Assembly: GCF_902713615.1 (NCBI RefSeq)
Contig: NC_052156.1
Span: forward strand, 132,432,407 to 132,496,406
Source of the DNA: Scyliorhinus canicula
Lineage: Eukaryota
Reading direction: 5' to 3'
DNA length: 64,000 bases
In this document: positions 23,041 to 34,962 of the stretch, piece by piece
Layout: every line of letters starts with the position of its first letter
How positions within the stretch are numbered: the first letter of the stretch is position 1
The notes under the pieces: model-generated
The model's input: the letters and a program-made list of their open reading frames with translations, nothing else
What the model was told of the DNA's origin: nothing
The model's database searches: none
Made by a program: the position numbers and the translations under genes

Positions 23041-25980
23041 GAGACTTCCGGTTGCGGCTATGACCAGCTAAGTCGCACGTTTGGCTGCTCCTGCTACAAA
23101 GGTGTTTTCGGGCCGATTGGAGGGCCCCAACGGCGCTGTAAGGACAAATCCCGGTGGGGGAAGGCTCCCTGAAGAGAACCAGACCAACTTATGGTCGGTA
23201 CCCGGAGTGGGGTGGTAAAGAAAGCAACAGCAGCTCCCAAAAAAAAGCGGGGGAAGAAGACCAAAATGGCGGCCGGTGGCGCACCCGAGGAATGGAGGAA
23301 ATGGGCGGAGGAGCAGCAGGCCGCTCTCCTGCGCTTCTTTACGGAGCTGAAAATGGAGCTCTTGGAGTCAATGAATGCGACGACCACCAGGCTGATGGGA
23401 GCCCAGGCGACCCAAGAGGCGTCGATTCGGGAGCTGCAACAGGAGATGACTGTGAGGGAGGAGGAGGCCACGGTCCTCGTGGGAAAGGTAGAGGTGCACG
23501 AGGCACTCCACCTGAAATGGCAGAGCCGTTTTGAGGAGCTGGATACCCGAATGAGGCGGAAGAACCTGAGGATCTTGGGCCTGGCAGAAGGCCTGGAGGG
23601 GTCAGACCTCCCGGGATATGTAGCAGAAATGCTGAGCTCCCTGATGGGGGCAGGGGCCGTCCCTTCGCCCCTGGAGCTGGAAGAGGCCTACAGGGTCATG
23701 GCTAGGAGGCCAAGAGCAAATGAGCCCCCGAGGGCGGTGCTGGTGCGGTTCCAGCGACTCAGCGATCGTGAGAGAGTGCTGGAGTGGGCCAAGAGGGAAA
23801 GGAGCAGCAAGTGGGAGAATTCGACGGTGAGGGTCTACCAGGACTGGAGTGCGGAGGTGGCAAAGCGGCGGGCCCGGTACAACCGGACGAAGGCGGTGCT
23901 ACATGCAAAACGGATCAGGTTCGGAATGCTGCAGCCAGCGCGCTTGTGGGTCACCTACAGGAACCAACACCACTATTTTGAGTCCCCAGAGGAGGCGTGG
24001 GCCTTTGTACAGGAAGAGAAACTGGACTCGAATTAGACCCAGGGGATACTTGGCGGCCGTAGCCGCTCGGGTACTTTCAGCTGAATTCTTTGTTTGGATT
24101 TTGAACTCTTGCTGTGGTTTTTCTTCTGATGTTTTTTTTCCCCCTTTGCCAACTTCCCTTAGTTATTGTTATTGTGGTTATTCATGGTTATTTATGGTTA
24201 TTTATGCTGTTTGGTAGAGGGCGACTGTTAAGTACATTGTTATTTGTTATTTATCTGTTATTTATAATGTTAAGTTGGGGAGGTGGGACGGGGGGGAGAG
24301 CAGATCGGGGATATGGGCTCCTAGGGGGGGTTCTTTTACAGGCATGGACGGGGACGGGGGTGGAACTGAAGATGGTGGGGTGGGGTGTGGCAGGGCGAAA
24401 GCGCGGGCTTTCCTCTGTTTTCCCGCGCGCGGGGCAGAGGAGGGGGGGAGGGGAGGAGTGCGGGGCGTGGCTAGCAATGGCGACCTTTCCCGCGCTGGAG
24501 CGGGGCCAGGGAGGAGTGGCAAGGGGGGGGAGGCCCCCCCCCCCGAGCCGGGGGGAGTCGGAGTGTGGCAGGAGCAGCCGGGTCAGCGTGAACCAGCTGA
24601 CTTACGGGAGTACGATGGAGGGTACATCGCGGCTAGGAGGGGTCCTAGCCTGGGGGGGGGGGAGGGGGGTTAGGGAGGGACACCGGGTTGCTGCTGAAAA
24701 GACCAGAAACGGGAAGTGGAGGACTGGAGAGGTGGGGGGAGGGGGACATCGTCATGGGGAGCGGGTCAGAAGGGGAGGGTCGACCCGGGGCGAGCAGGGA
24801 ACAGGACATGGCTAATCGGCAGGGGAGGGGGGCGGGTCGTCCCGCGACCCGGCTGATCACTTGGAACGTGAGGGGGTTGAATGGGCCGGTCAAGAGATCA
24901 AGGGTATTCTCACACCTGAAGGGACTGAAGGCTGATGTAGCAATGTTACAGGAGACCCATTTGAAGGTAGTGGACCAGGTTCGCCTGAGAAGGGGGTGGG
25001 TGGGACAGGTGTTCCACTCTGGATTGGACGCAAAGAACCGGGGGGTGGCGATTCTGGTGGGAAAGAGGGTGTCGTTCGTGGCGGAGGAGGTGGTGGCGGA
25101 TAAGGAGGGTAGGTATGTGATGGTGAAGGGTAAGCTGCAGGGGGAGAAAGTGGTGATGGTCAACGTATATGCCCCGAACTGGGATGACGCGGGTTTTATG
25201 AGGCGCCTATTGGGCCTCATTCCGGGACTGGAGGCAGGGGGCTTGATCATGGGGGGGGACTTTAACACAGTGCTGGACCCCGGGCTAGACAGATCGAGCT
25301 CAAGGACCAATAGGAGGCCGGCAGCGGCAGAAGTGCTGAGGGGGTACATGGAGCAGATGGGAGGAGTAGACCCATGGAGGTTTGGTAGGCCGAGGGCGAG
25401 GGAGTATTCCTTTTTCTCCCACGTCCATAGAGTGTACTCCAGAATCGATTTCTTCGTGTTGAGCAGGGGGCTGATCCCGAGGGTGCGGGAAGCTGAGTAC
25501 TCGGCCATTGCGATCTCTGATCATGCACCGCATTGGGTGGATGTGGAAATGGGGGAGGCGCGGGACCAGCGCCCGCTGTGGCGGCTGGATGTGGGGCTGT
25601 TAGCGGACGACGAGGTGTGTAAAAGGGTCCGGAAGAGCATTGAGAGCTATCTGGACTTGAATGACACGGGTGAGGTGCAGGTGGGGATGGTCTGGGAGGC
25701 CCTGAAGGCAGTGATCAGGGGAGAGCTGATCTCCATAAGGGCGCACAGAGAAAGAAAGGAGAGGCAGGAGAGGGAGAGGCTGGTGGGGGAGCTATTGGAA
25801 GTGGATAGGAGATATGCGGAGGCACCAGAGGAGGGGCTGCTGGGAGAACGGCGCAGCCTGCAGGTCAAGTTCGACCTGCTGACCACCAGGAAGGCAGAGA
25901 CGCAGTGGAGAAGGGCACAGGGCGCGGTCTATGAGTATGGGGAAAAGGCGAGCAGGATGCTGGCACACCAGCTTCGCAAA
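23041..25980 (+). mobile_element. L1-clade LINE, 5'-intact and 3'-truncated (5' UTR, ORF1, spacer, partial ORF2)
   Basis: Starts GAGACTTCCGG after TT|AAGAAATTTGTATT. Two ORFs with L1 motifs. L1 character ends abruptly after ...RMLAHQLRK. Confidence 0.9.
23191..24036 (+). CDS. L1 ORF1p (coiled coil, RRM and CTD), intact
   Basis: 281-aa ORF with RMRRKNLRILGLAEG, PPRAVLVRF, VRVYQDWSAEVAKRR and MLQPARL. The start could also be the MAAGG ATG at about 23266. Confidence 0.9.
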   Translation: MVGTRSGVVKKATAAPKKKRGKKTKMAAGGAPEEWRKWAEEQQAALLRFFTELKMELLESMNATTTRLMGAQATQEASIRELQQEMTVREEEATVLVGKVEVHEALHLKWQSRFEELDTRMRRKNLRILGLAEGLEGSDLPGYVAEMLSSLMGAGAVPSPLELEEAYRVMARRPRANEPPRAVLVRFQRLSDRERVLEWAKRERSSKWENSTVRVYQDWSAEVAKRRARYNRTKAVLHAKRIRFGMLQPARLWVTYRNQHHYFESPEEAWAFVQEEKLDSN

Positions 25981-26100
25981 AGTTGGAATGTGGGTCTGTT
26001 AAGAACATGTTTGATAGTAAAAGTCAAGTTGCTCAAATCCCAGAAAGAAAGCTTGAAAGACTGCCCTCAACTGTATTTTGAAATTTCTATCGGCTGCTGA
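24808..26100 (+). CDS. L1 ORF2p N-terminus: intact APE endonuclease and linker, no RT; the last ~39 codons are non-L1 read-through
   Basis: LITWNVRGLN, MLQETH, GVAIL, NVYAPN, MGGDFN, YSRIDF, ISDH, WRLD, WEALKAVIRG and YEYGEKASRMLA, all in one frame. Confidence 0.85.
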   Translation: MANRQGRGAGRPATRLITWNVRGLNGPVKRSRVFSHLKGLKADVAMLQETHLKVVDQVRLRRGWVGQVFHSGLDAKNRGVAILVGKRVSFVAEEVVADKEGRYVMVKGKLQGEKVVMVNVYAPNWDDAGFMRRLLGLIPGLEAGGLIMGGDFNTVLDPGLDRSSSRTNRRPAAAEVLRGYMEQMGGVDPWRFGRPRAREYSFFSHVHRVYSRIDFFVLSRGLIPRVREAEYSAIAISDHAPHWVDVEMGEARDQRPLWRLDVGLLADDEVCKRVRKSIESYLDLNDTGEVQVGMVWEALKAVIRGELISIRAHRERKERQERERLVGELLEVDRRYAEAPEEGLLGERRSLQVKFDLLTTRKAETQWRRAQGAVYEYGEKASRMLAHQLRKSWNVGLLRTCLIVKVKLLKSQKESLKDCPQLYFEISIGC

Positions 26101-26316
26101 GGGGTTTGAAATCCATAAAATTATTTACCTGGCTCTGTGACGATTTTAATAAAGTAAATGTTCATTAAGAAATAGAAAAACAATAATAAAGCTAATTGCA
26201 AGTACACTTAACTAATACAATGGCTTTATACAGTATCACTACTTTAAACAGTCCCAAACAATCTTAACTTGATTAATTTCAGAGCTTATGCTCTCCAAAT
26301 TGTTCCACAACACATT

Positions 26317-26700
26317 GGGCTGAATTTGCCGCCGCTCGCTGTCAGTAGTGGAGTTCCCGATGCGGCGGAGAATCCAACGTCGGCCAAAAAACAGGACGTC
26401 GATCCCGTTCCGATCATCTGGTCCCCCGCTGGTGGCGCCATTGAGGTTCGTGCCCTGCGCCAGTGGGAGGATGCAAAAGGGTCAATTTGACTCATTTGAG
26501 TCCTATTCACGGGCTTGGCAGTGGATTCTCCAAGCCTGTGTGAATCTCTGATCACGGGCGGGATTCTCCGTTGCCCGTCGTAACGCGGGTTTCCGGCGAG
26601 AAAAATCGGTGTTAATGACTCCGGCGTAGGGGCCTTCTTTAAGGCCGCTATTCTCCGTTCCCGGAGGGGCTAGCAGCTGACTGACGCGATACGAGGTGCA
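26317..26700. mobile_element. Partial or composite Harbinger-type MITE
   Basis: GGGCTGAATT start, repeated GGAGAAT/ATTCTCC motifs, CpG-rich, with an internal GGGCGGGATTCTCC. Confidence 0.55.
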
Positions 26701-27059
26701 GTATTTCCTGATATGTGTCCCCCTACATCTGCCAGGGAAGCTGCAAGATAAAATCTCCTCTATTATGTCCACCAGCTTCTTCACTTGTCTCATTCTTGAT
26801 ATTTGGTTTAGTTGAAATTTTATTTGGTTTGTTGCAACCTTAATTTCGACTTTGTTCCTTATTTCTAGTCCTCTGTTGATGTTTTCGTTGTTTCATTTCC
26901 TGGTTTCTTTTCAATAGCATAAGTGTGACTTCATTTTACAATGTCTACCAGTATACCGCAGACAGAAGGATCTCATTCTGTTGAAATAAATCATGACTGG
27001 TAAAAATTTTAAAAATCCTGATAGACCCAATACTTTAGGACATTTTTTTTAAAAATTCC

Positions 27060-27420
27060 AGAACTTGGGTTCAATACCGGCAAGACAGATGGGTTGGAAG
27101 TCTTTTCCCTCTGATAGCAATTATGGGTCTTCACTGAAATTAATTTTCCGTCTCAACTCGGATCTCAGTGGACATTAGGCTACAGAACAAAACTGCACAA
27201 AATTCATTACTAATTGGCTCTAATTAGACAATCTCACTCAGCAAGGCCATAAGGACAGATGGTGTGGGAATTGGAGCACTCTGGCTGATGTTGTTTGAGG
27301 TGCAGCTCTAAGGTTGTGTTGAAGCATATTGTTTGGGAAGAATGGGGGGAAATTTGCTGTGCTTACAACTTGTGCAGGAGAATACCCGGCACCACTACAG
27401 AGTGAAGAAAGGAAAACTGA
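27060..27420 (+). mobile_element. LF-SINE-like ancient SINE
   Basis: Ordered motifs GGGTTCAAT...GATGGG..GAAGTC...TGAAATT...GTCTCA...AGTGGAC...CAAAACTGC...CTAATTGGC...AATCTCACTCAG..AGGCCA resemble the LF-SINE consensus as I recall it. Confidence 0.5.
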
Positions 27421-27614
27421 TTTAATCTTCAGGCACCTTTTTATTAAGCACCAAACCTACATACTCACACCCACTGATTCAAAAACCCCTCTCAGACACA
27501 TTTAAATCTTTCTGAATGCTGGCATGTATAAGGAGAGGGCTAAAAGTAATTTGACAGGCATCTAAAAATATAAATATATTTGCTAATTTATCTTCTCAAC
27601 GATAAAGCATCATT

Positions 27615-27877
27615 TAGATAGAGTGAATGTAGAGAGGATGTTTCCACTAGTATGAGAAACTAGAACCCAAGGGCACAGCCTCAGACTGAAGGGGCGATAC
27701 TTTGAATCAGAGATGAGGAGGAATTTCTTAAGCCAGAGGGTGATGAATCTGTGAATTGTCGCAGAAGGCTGTGGAGGCCAAATCACTGAGTGTCTTTAAG
27801 ACAGAGATAGATAGGTTTTTGATTAATAAGGGTATCAGGAGTTATGGGCAAAAGGGAGAAGAATGAGGATGAGAAAC
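27615..27877 (+). mobile_element. CR1 LINE 3' fragment
   Basis: Near-identical to 60460-60720 (GAGATGAGGAGGAATTTCTT...GCTGTGGAGGCCAAATCACTGAGTGTCTTTAAGACAGAG). Confidence 0.8.
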
Positions 27878-30800
27878 GTCCAAATTGTGAAGTTGAGCTA
27901 AGTCTACTAATTCAGGAGGAAATTATTTCGACAAAATTACACTTGAGAGAACTAGTTTATATTAAAGTTCAGTATAAACCAGCTGGCTCAGAATGGTCTT
28001 TTCCAGTTCTGTATATCGCTAAATTACTACATTAATTAGCAGTAAAATAAGTATAAGTTTATATGGATTATAAACCAAGGTACAGTATTAATAGTAAAAA
28101 ATAATGCTACATTCACAATTATGCATTGAGGCTTGGCTGAGAGGATAGACATCCATTAGAGTGCTGAAACAGCTGCACCTCAGCAAAGACATTGCTTGAT
28201 TGACAGCTCTGGTTCTCTGATCTCTGCTGTAAATTGCAAAATGTCTATTTCCACAAGATAAAGACATTTAAGTGCCTGTGTTTTCAGCTATTTATATTTC
28301 AAAATGACTGAATGATTGGCACCTTTATGGGTTATAACAAAACAAATTTCACTAAAAGCTTTTTAAAAGTGTTTCAACACATTGTATTGTCACTATCGGG
28401 TTCATTAGTTCTATATAGTGCATAGTGGGTTAATGGGAAAACAAGTGCCACAACTTGCCAAGGAGGGTATGAGAGGTATTGGGGGTGCGTGGAGGAACAT
28501 ATTTTGTCCTGAAGGGTATGAGGGACCATTTGGGGTTGATGGAGGAACATATCTTGGCATGGAAGGTATGAGAGTCCAGGGGTTGGGTGAAAGAAATAAG
28601 GTGGCATGCATGGGCCAAGCCGAATATGTCTGGGTGAGGGTGTGTGAGCGTGAGGGCTGATGGATTTTCCTCTTTATATTATAACTGGCTAAACGTTCAA
28701 AAGCATCTATGTGGACCTTTTAAACAGCCTACCTTGGCACCCAGAAGCCCATGTAGCCGCTTCCAAACTTTCTGGGGGCTGCGGGCCAACTCTTATTAGC
28801 AGGACTGTGGGAGCATAGCCCCTTTATGAGGTGTTCTTTCACAGGCCATGTGACCCATCGGGGCCTATTATGCAGGAGCATGTGAACCTTAACCAATGGG
28901 GAAAAAGAGCAGGGCCCTGGAGGCACGGGTTAGGCAGTATGGGCCCGGGAGTCAAGAAAAAAAGACATATGGGATACCTCAGTGCCTGTATATTTGTTAT
29001 ACAAGAAGTCTCCTCAGTGCTATCTTGTGCTATTCCAGGAACAAAAATCTCCTCTTTGAGGGCACTTTCTCGCAAGGCTGGAACACCCAGCCGAGAAACC
29101 TTCTGACTCCTGCTACCGGCCTCAAGGATACAAATCCAGCCTGCAGTGTTTGCATGGTTCAAATCAATCTTAAAAAAATATTTATTCAACAATTTGAAAA
29201 ATATAATTGAATTTGGCTTCTAGTTATTTGATGACAACCATTTACAACCTAAAATTTTCAATGTCCTTTTGAACTGTCCTTTATGGTGCAATCATTACTT
29301 ATTCAAATCACCTCGCCTTCAGTGATTCATTTTGTAATTTATTTCTGCGAGGGAATCTCAATCAGTTCTTTGGTCTTCGCATTTGTTTGTAATAATTTTT
29401 GGTATTTTTCTGGTATTTGGGTATTTATGTATCAGTCACATTGAAAGTGTATTTTGAACAATGTTTTGGCTTCAGCTTAGTTGTTTGTTCATTTACTTAA
29501 GTGCTAAGAGAAACATTGAAAGTGTTATCCTTCAGATACTAGTGTTAAAGTCAGAATCAATCTACTTGATATAAATAGTGCCAAATATGCAGTTAGTTCA
29601 ATAGTAAGAACCATATTGTGTAACAGTTTAATCCGGCCATAAATGCAGTCCCAGAGGGCACAAATTCTGCGTCTCACGATGCTGCAAGCGCAAACCGCAA
29701 TCGCGCAGAGAATCGGACGTCCGACCATAGAATCATAGAATTTACAGTGCAGAAGGAGACCATTCGTCCCATCAGGTCCACACTGGCCCTTGGAAAGAGC
29801 ACTAGACTTTAATCTCCCTGGTGACAATGATGAGGTCTGTGCCCCGTGCCAGTGGATGCATACAAAACTGGCATTTGCCGGCATTTAAATGTATTTAGCA
29901 TATTTGACCCACTATGTTCCAGGCCTCTGCGATGCTCCTCCCTCTTAGGCAGAAGTCATGCAGACGGGATTTACTACAAGTATTTACAAACGGAAACTGG
30001 GCACCATGGCTGCGGAGGGGCAGAGAGAAGGTAAGCAAAGTTTTAAAAACTGTTGACAATTGTTCTGCTTGCTGGTTGGTGGCTGCCAGGGCCCCGGGGG
30101 GGGAGTAGTAGGCATAAACCTGGTGACAGCTCCATGGGTTCGGAGTGTTCCCCACGGGATTGGGGGTGGCCTGGGTCAGGCCACCATTGCTGCAGTATTT
30201 GTTTTAAACGCTCCCATTTATTACAGGTGCCAGGCTCCTGGCTGCTCTCTCTGCTGACTGCTCACTTGTCCTGTCAATGTTCACAGACCCTCTGGCTATT
30301 TGGGAGCTCACTCAGACCACCCCTCTGGAAACCCTCCGACCCCAGCTGACCTATCAATGGGATGGGCGTGGCCAAGCTCAATCAGTAGCGCACCAGGTGT
30401 TGGCACTCCTCAGGACACTCATCAGAAGCACAGTCCCACTGCAGGGGAAGCAGGGGAATAACAGAGCTCACCCCAAACAAAGGATATATGAACCGTGACC
30501 TTTGGCACCTTCCCTGACACACTGCCCCTGTCAGGGCAGAGGCCTTACCAGTGACACTGTCAGAAAGCCCATTCCTCAGAAACACCAGCTGCCTCCAAGC
30601 CCTGCCTGCCCACTGCGCCCATCCATCCTATCACCAGACAGATTGTCACAACCTGTGTGTCACACCCAGGATCCACATCACACTGCAGGTAAGCTCCCAG
30701 CAGACCCACTTCCCTCGCTCAACCCCATCTGTAGGACATGCCCACACACATGCCTCTAAGCATGGAGGCAATTGGTGGCACAGGGGGACCCTCTCCACCA

Positions 30801-31182
30801 CACAACCATGTGACATCCTGCTGGCAGGATACCACACGACCCACTGAATGAGGACACCCACAGTTGACCCCACTGGGGAAACAGGATAGGGGCCGCAGAG
30901 CCCATCACTGACACGGATTGCGGCAGCCACCGGTACCCCTGTTTACAGGGACGAATGATGAGGATAGAGGCTCCTTGGTGCCAATCATTGATAGGGACAT
31001 GGGTGCAGTGTGCAAAGTAACATTGTGAGGAATGGCTGAGGGGTGAGGTGCCTTTGGGGGGGGATATTTGGAGGGTGGAGCTGAATTGCAACTTAGGGTC
31101 ACCATGTAGTCTGTTGGATCTGGATGGACAAGGGAATACTCATCTTGCTAACATGTCTTCTCTTTTGCCCCCCCTGCAGAGA

Positions 31183-32310
31183 ATGAATTTCGGAGTACGG
31201 CCAGGAATGCTCACCATCTACCTGGCCGCAGCTGCCATTGCATAGGCAGAGAGGCTGGAGGCACAGGGTCTGTTTGGGGAGGACCCTGCACAAGAGAAGC
31301 CTGCCCCAGCAGAGCAGGGGCCAGCCGTTGAGACTCAAGTGCTGGCCATTCAACAGGCCTAGGGGGAGGTGCAAATGAGGTGCCGCATCAGGCCACATGT
31401 ATACTTTGCCAGACGACCTGTGACACCCAAGACAAGGAGCCGTGCTCCGAAAGCTCGTGTTTGAAACAAACCTGTTGGACTTTAACCTGGTGTTGTAAGA
31501 CTTCTTACTGTGCTCACCCAAGACACTAACCAGGGAGACCATGCGCCACCTGTGCCAGATGTTGGTGCACCTGGTACTGCAGAGGAATGGCGGAGGATAC
31601 GTGCTCCCGGTGGCCAACAATGTGACGATCGCCTTGAATGTTTACAACTCTGGATCTTTCTGGGGGTCAAGCAGGGACCTGCCTCTCAGACATCAGTACA
31701 TAGGTACATCTATGCTGTTATGGATTCCCTGTACGCCAGGGCAGTGAGCTATATAAACTTCAGTCCGGACCAGGCACACCAGGATGCCCAGGCAGCAGCA
31801 TTTACCACCATTGCTGGCATGCCCCTGGTCTACGGGGTGATCGGTGACACACATGTCCCCCACGAGCACCGGCTCATCAGGGGGTGCCTTTAATCAATCA
31901 GAAGGGCTTCCACTCCCTGATTGTGCAGTTGGTGTGTGACTACCAACTGCACATCATGCATGTCTGTGCCCGATATCCAGGTAGCATGCACAATGCATAC
32001 ATCCTGGCACAATCAGCAGATCCTAGCACCTTCGAGGCACTCCCTTGGGTGGATGGTTGGCTCTTGGGCGAAGTTGAGGTCTTGGCAAATGACGTCTGTC
32101 TGGAGGATCCTTCCGATGTGGGGAACCGTTACAATCATGCCAATGCAGCAACGAGGAGCATCACTGAACGATGTATTGGCATCCCCAAGATGCGTTTCCA
32201 GTGCGGGACCACTCCGTTGGGGCCCTCCACTATAGCCCCATGAGAGTCGCTAACATCGTGCTGGCCTGCTGAGTCCTGCAAAATATCGCGCATCAGAGGG
32301 GGACATGCTG
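31183..32310 (+). pseudogene. Harbinger transposase (HARBI1-like DDE nuclease) pseudogene
   Basis: Frameshifted pieces: RETMRHLCQML...LPVANNVTIALNVYNSGSF; TSVHRYIYAVMDSLYARA..YINF..IAGMPLVYGVIGDTHV; INQKGFHSLIVQLVCD..IMHVCARYPGSMHNAYIL..GWLLG; YNHANAATRSITERCIGIPKMRF. Acceptor CTGCAG at 31174-31179 with branch point GCTAAC. Confidence 0.9.
31435..31519 (+). mobile_element. Short Penelope-type terminal fragment inserted in the transposase
   Basis: AGGAGC.GTGCTCCGAAAGCT..TG...AAACCTGTTGGACTTTAACCTGGTGTTGT, flanked by the direct repeat CACCCAAGACA (31424-31434 / 31515-31525). Confidence 0.6.
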
Positions 32311-34557
32311 GAGAAGGAGGAAGAATGCTAGGCCTCATCTGACAATGAGGTGGGGTGCCAGCAAGGACAGGGCATGGAGGCCAGGCTGGCATGACAGGCC
32401 GCCTAACGTCTGTTCCAGGGCCACGGCACTCGGGACAACCTCAGCACCTCCAGATTTCCATATTCGGAGGCCTGTCCGCAGGCAACTCCACCACCATATC
32501 CCACCTCTCCATACTCTCTCCAGACCCCCCCATCCCCTTCCAAGTGCCCCCTTCCCCATAGCCATACATATGCACCCCTGTCCCTCCTCCCATCACTCCA
32601 TCTCAACAGCCCAGCTCTCCCTCCCCCCCCCTCCAAGAGTCTGACCAGCATCACTACAGGGTGTTGGCCCTGAACAAGCAATATCACCGGGTCTTGTCCA
32701 CAGGACGGAGGACGATGACGACGTGCTGTGAGATGGGCTCTGGTGCTCCTCATCATTTGACAAAGTCTGACTCCTGCCTTCGGGATCACATTCCACTGCT
32801 TGCCCAGATGTTCCTTGCATGTGTGCTGGCCATTCCATCTCATGGATACAAATATCCTTTGTGGCGAGTGGGGGTGGTTATGGAGATGGTGAGCGCTGAT
32901 GGGTCACTAACCACGTAATCTGTGCTACAAGTGGTCTCACAATTCGGGACCAATTCCCTGCCATCTCTGAGGGTGAACCCAGGTGGAATGTTCAATTGTC
33001 CTGGGAGCCCTGCCCCATGCCATCCACCAAAACCCACACCCGACACCACCAATCTCCCACACCCCACACCCAGTATATCTATACACCCAGCCCAGCCCAT
33101 CCCTCACACCTTTCAGACAGAGAATTGAGGAAGATTAGAATGCTGGTAAATAGGTGTCAATTGTGACTATATACATGATTGTGCCCTGACCTGTACCTCT
33201 AACCCATGTGCTGTACTCGTGCCATCTTAACTGGTGTCCAAATTCTTTAACTTGCATGGCCTTCTGCTCCTTCTGGGTGTGACCTCAGACAACACATAAG
33301 ACATGGAGGTGGCCTGCTGTGAATCTCGTCCTATGACGGACATGCTTTTGGCGGCCGTCCTCTAGAAGGCCTGGGCCTGGATGGGCAGACCAACTTTTGA
33401 GTCTCACAGATGACGAGGTGCCACCTTATTCTGCTCGCTCCCCATCAGATGTGCCAGTGTCAGGTGGAGGCGATTTAGAAGCACGGAGGTGTTCCAGCAC
33501 CTCTTGTACGGGAGGCACTGTCATGGGCCCCATCACTTCCTCCTCCCTCAGGGTACTTGATTGCCCCTAGGTTACTCCACGCGATGGGGGTGAGGCCGGA
33601 GTGAGCTCTGGAGGCTCCACAATCACCCTGGCGCGGCCAGTCCTGAAGGCCCACCTTCTTCTGAACCAAAGTCTCGAATCTCTCAGAGACTGCGCCACTT
33701 CCCTCAGCCAGTGAATCATATCCCTCACTGCCTCAGTCATGTCCCTCTGGCACTATGTCACAACCCTCTGTGACTGGCCCACATCAGTCAGCGCCCAGTC
33801 ATGACTCTTTGTGAATGGGCTAAGCTCTGGAGACCCGCAGCAATGTCCCCGGTACATGGCAGCCTGTGACTGGGCTCCCTTGTCCTGACCCTCAGGCGAT
33901 CAACCACACAGTGTGCCCCAAGCCTTAGAAGTCATGACCCAGGACTGTGACTTTTTGATTCTAGGCTTCCACTGCCACTGCAATCCGTTCAGCGTTGGCC
34001 TGCGGCCCACTCATGGTTATCAACATCCCCTGTGCCTGAAGGCAGTTGGACTCCTCCTTGCAGGTGTTGGAAATTTGCTAACACCCCCTCCTGTAGATCT
34101 TGGCTCTGAGTCTGCATCTCCACCCGTGATGGGATCAGACTATGCAAAAGTGCAATACCTATCTGCACCACACCTTTTTCCTGGGATTTGGCATGCCCTT
34201 CGACTGCCCAGTCCCTCCACCTGATGTACTGCAACGTGGATGACATGTGCACCAGAAGGTGACCCAGAGCCTCTTCACGATAATATCCCAGCAAGGTGAT
34301 ACCCTGTCAGGGTGGACGGTGAAAACAATGCTGAGAAGTCGGTGTCTTCTTCCCCGGACTGGTGCTCTGGGTATGCTGAGATTGTGGTTGGAGGCGAGGT
34401 AACCCAGACGAGACAGCATGGTCTGATGGTGATTCCACAAGAAAAAGTACAAAACACTTGGTGAGATCTTGTGAAGAAGTGATCTGGGAGAGGGGAGTGA
34501 CTCACTCGCTATTGGGACATCGCACTACATTGGGAGTTCACTTGTTTGCCACATGCT

Positions 34558-34962
34558 TGTCATAATATCCACTCATGTATATAGTAAGATGCAGGCAGGC
34601 AGTGATTGACACATAGCATGACCAATGAACACACAACACAGAACAACCAATCACCAGACAAGACACCACCATGATAAAGCTCACAGGGCATTAAGACTCC
34701 CGTTCTTTTCAGGACCCAGACACTGAGACAGTCAGAGTGCACAAGTCAGTGGACATTATTGCCATGTGGTAGCTAGTAGGTCTGGTCGAGCCAGTAAGAG
34801 GTCGTCAGTAGGATTAGTAGAGTGTCAACCCAAAACTGAACATGTACAGCCGTTCATAGTTTAAATAAAACCGTGTTGGATCATCTCCGGTGTTAGACGT
34901 TTGTTTCTAGCTTCTCTGCATCCAGTTGCAGTCAATGTCAAACCAACCTGCCTAACACATCA
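34558..34962 (+). repeat. 5' LTR
   Basis: Direct repeat of 36716-37120 with about 16 substitutions by manual count and no indels. Contains AATAAA. Confidence 0.95.

Noticed and set aside
24114-25508. ORFs 24114..24815(+) and 24645..25508(-)
   Set aside because: One is a low-complexity spacer translation and the other is the antisense shadow of L1 ORF2.
25997-26005. TGTTAAGAA shared with the L1 5' flank as a possible TSD
   Set aside because: It does not abut the L1 breakpoint, includes bases upstream of the presumed nick and has no preceding poly(A).
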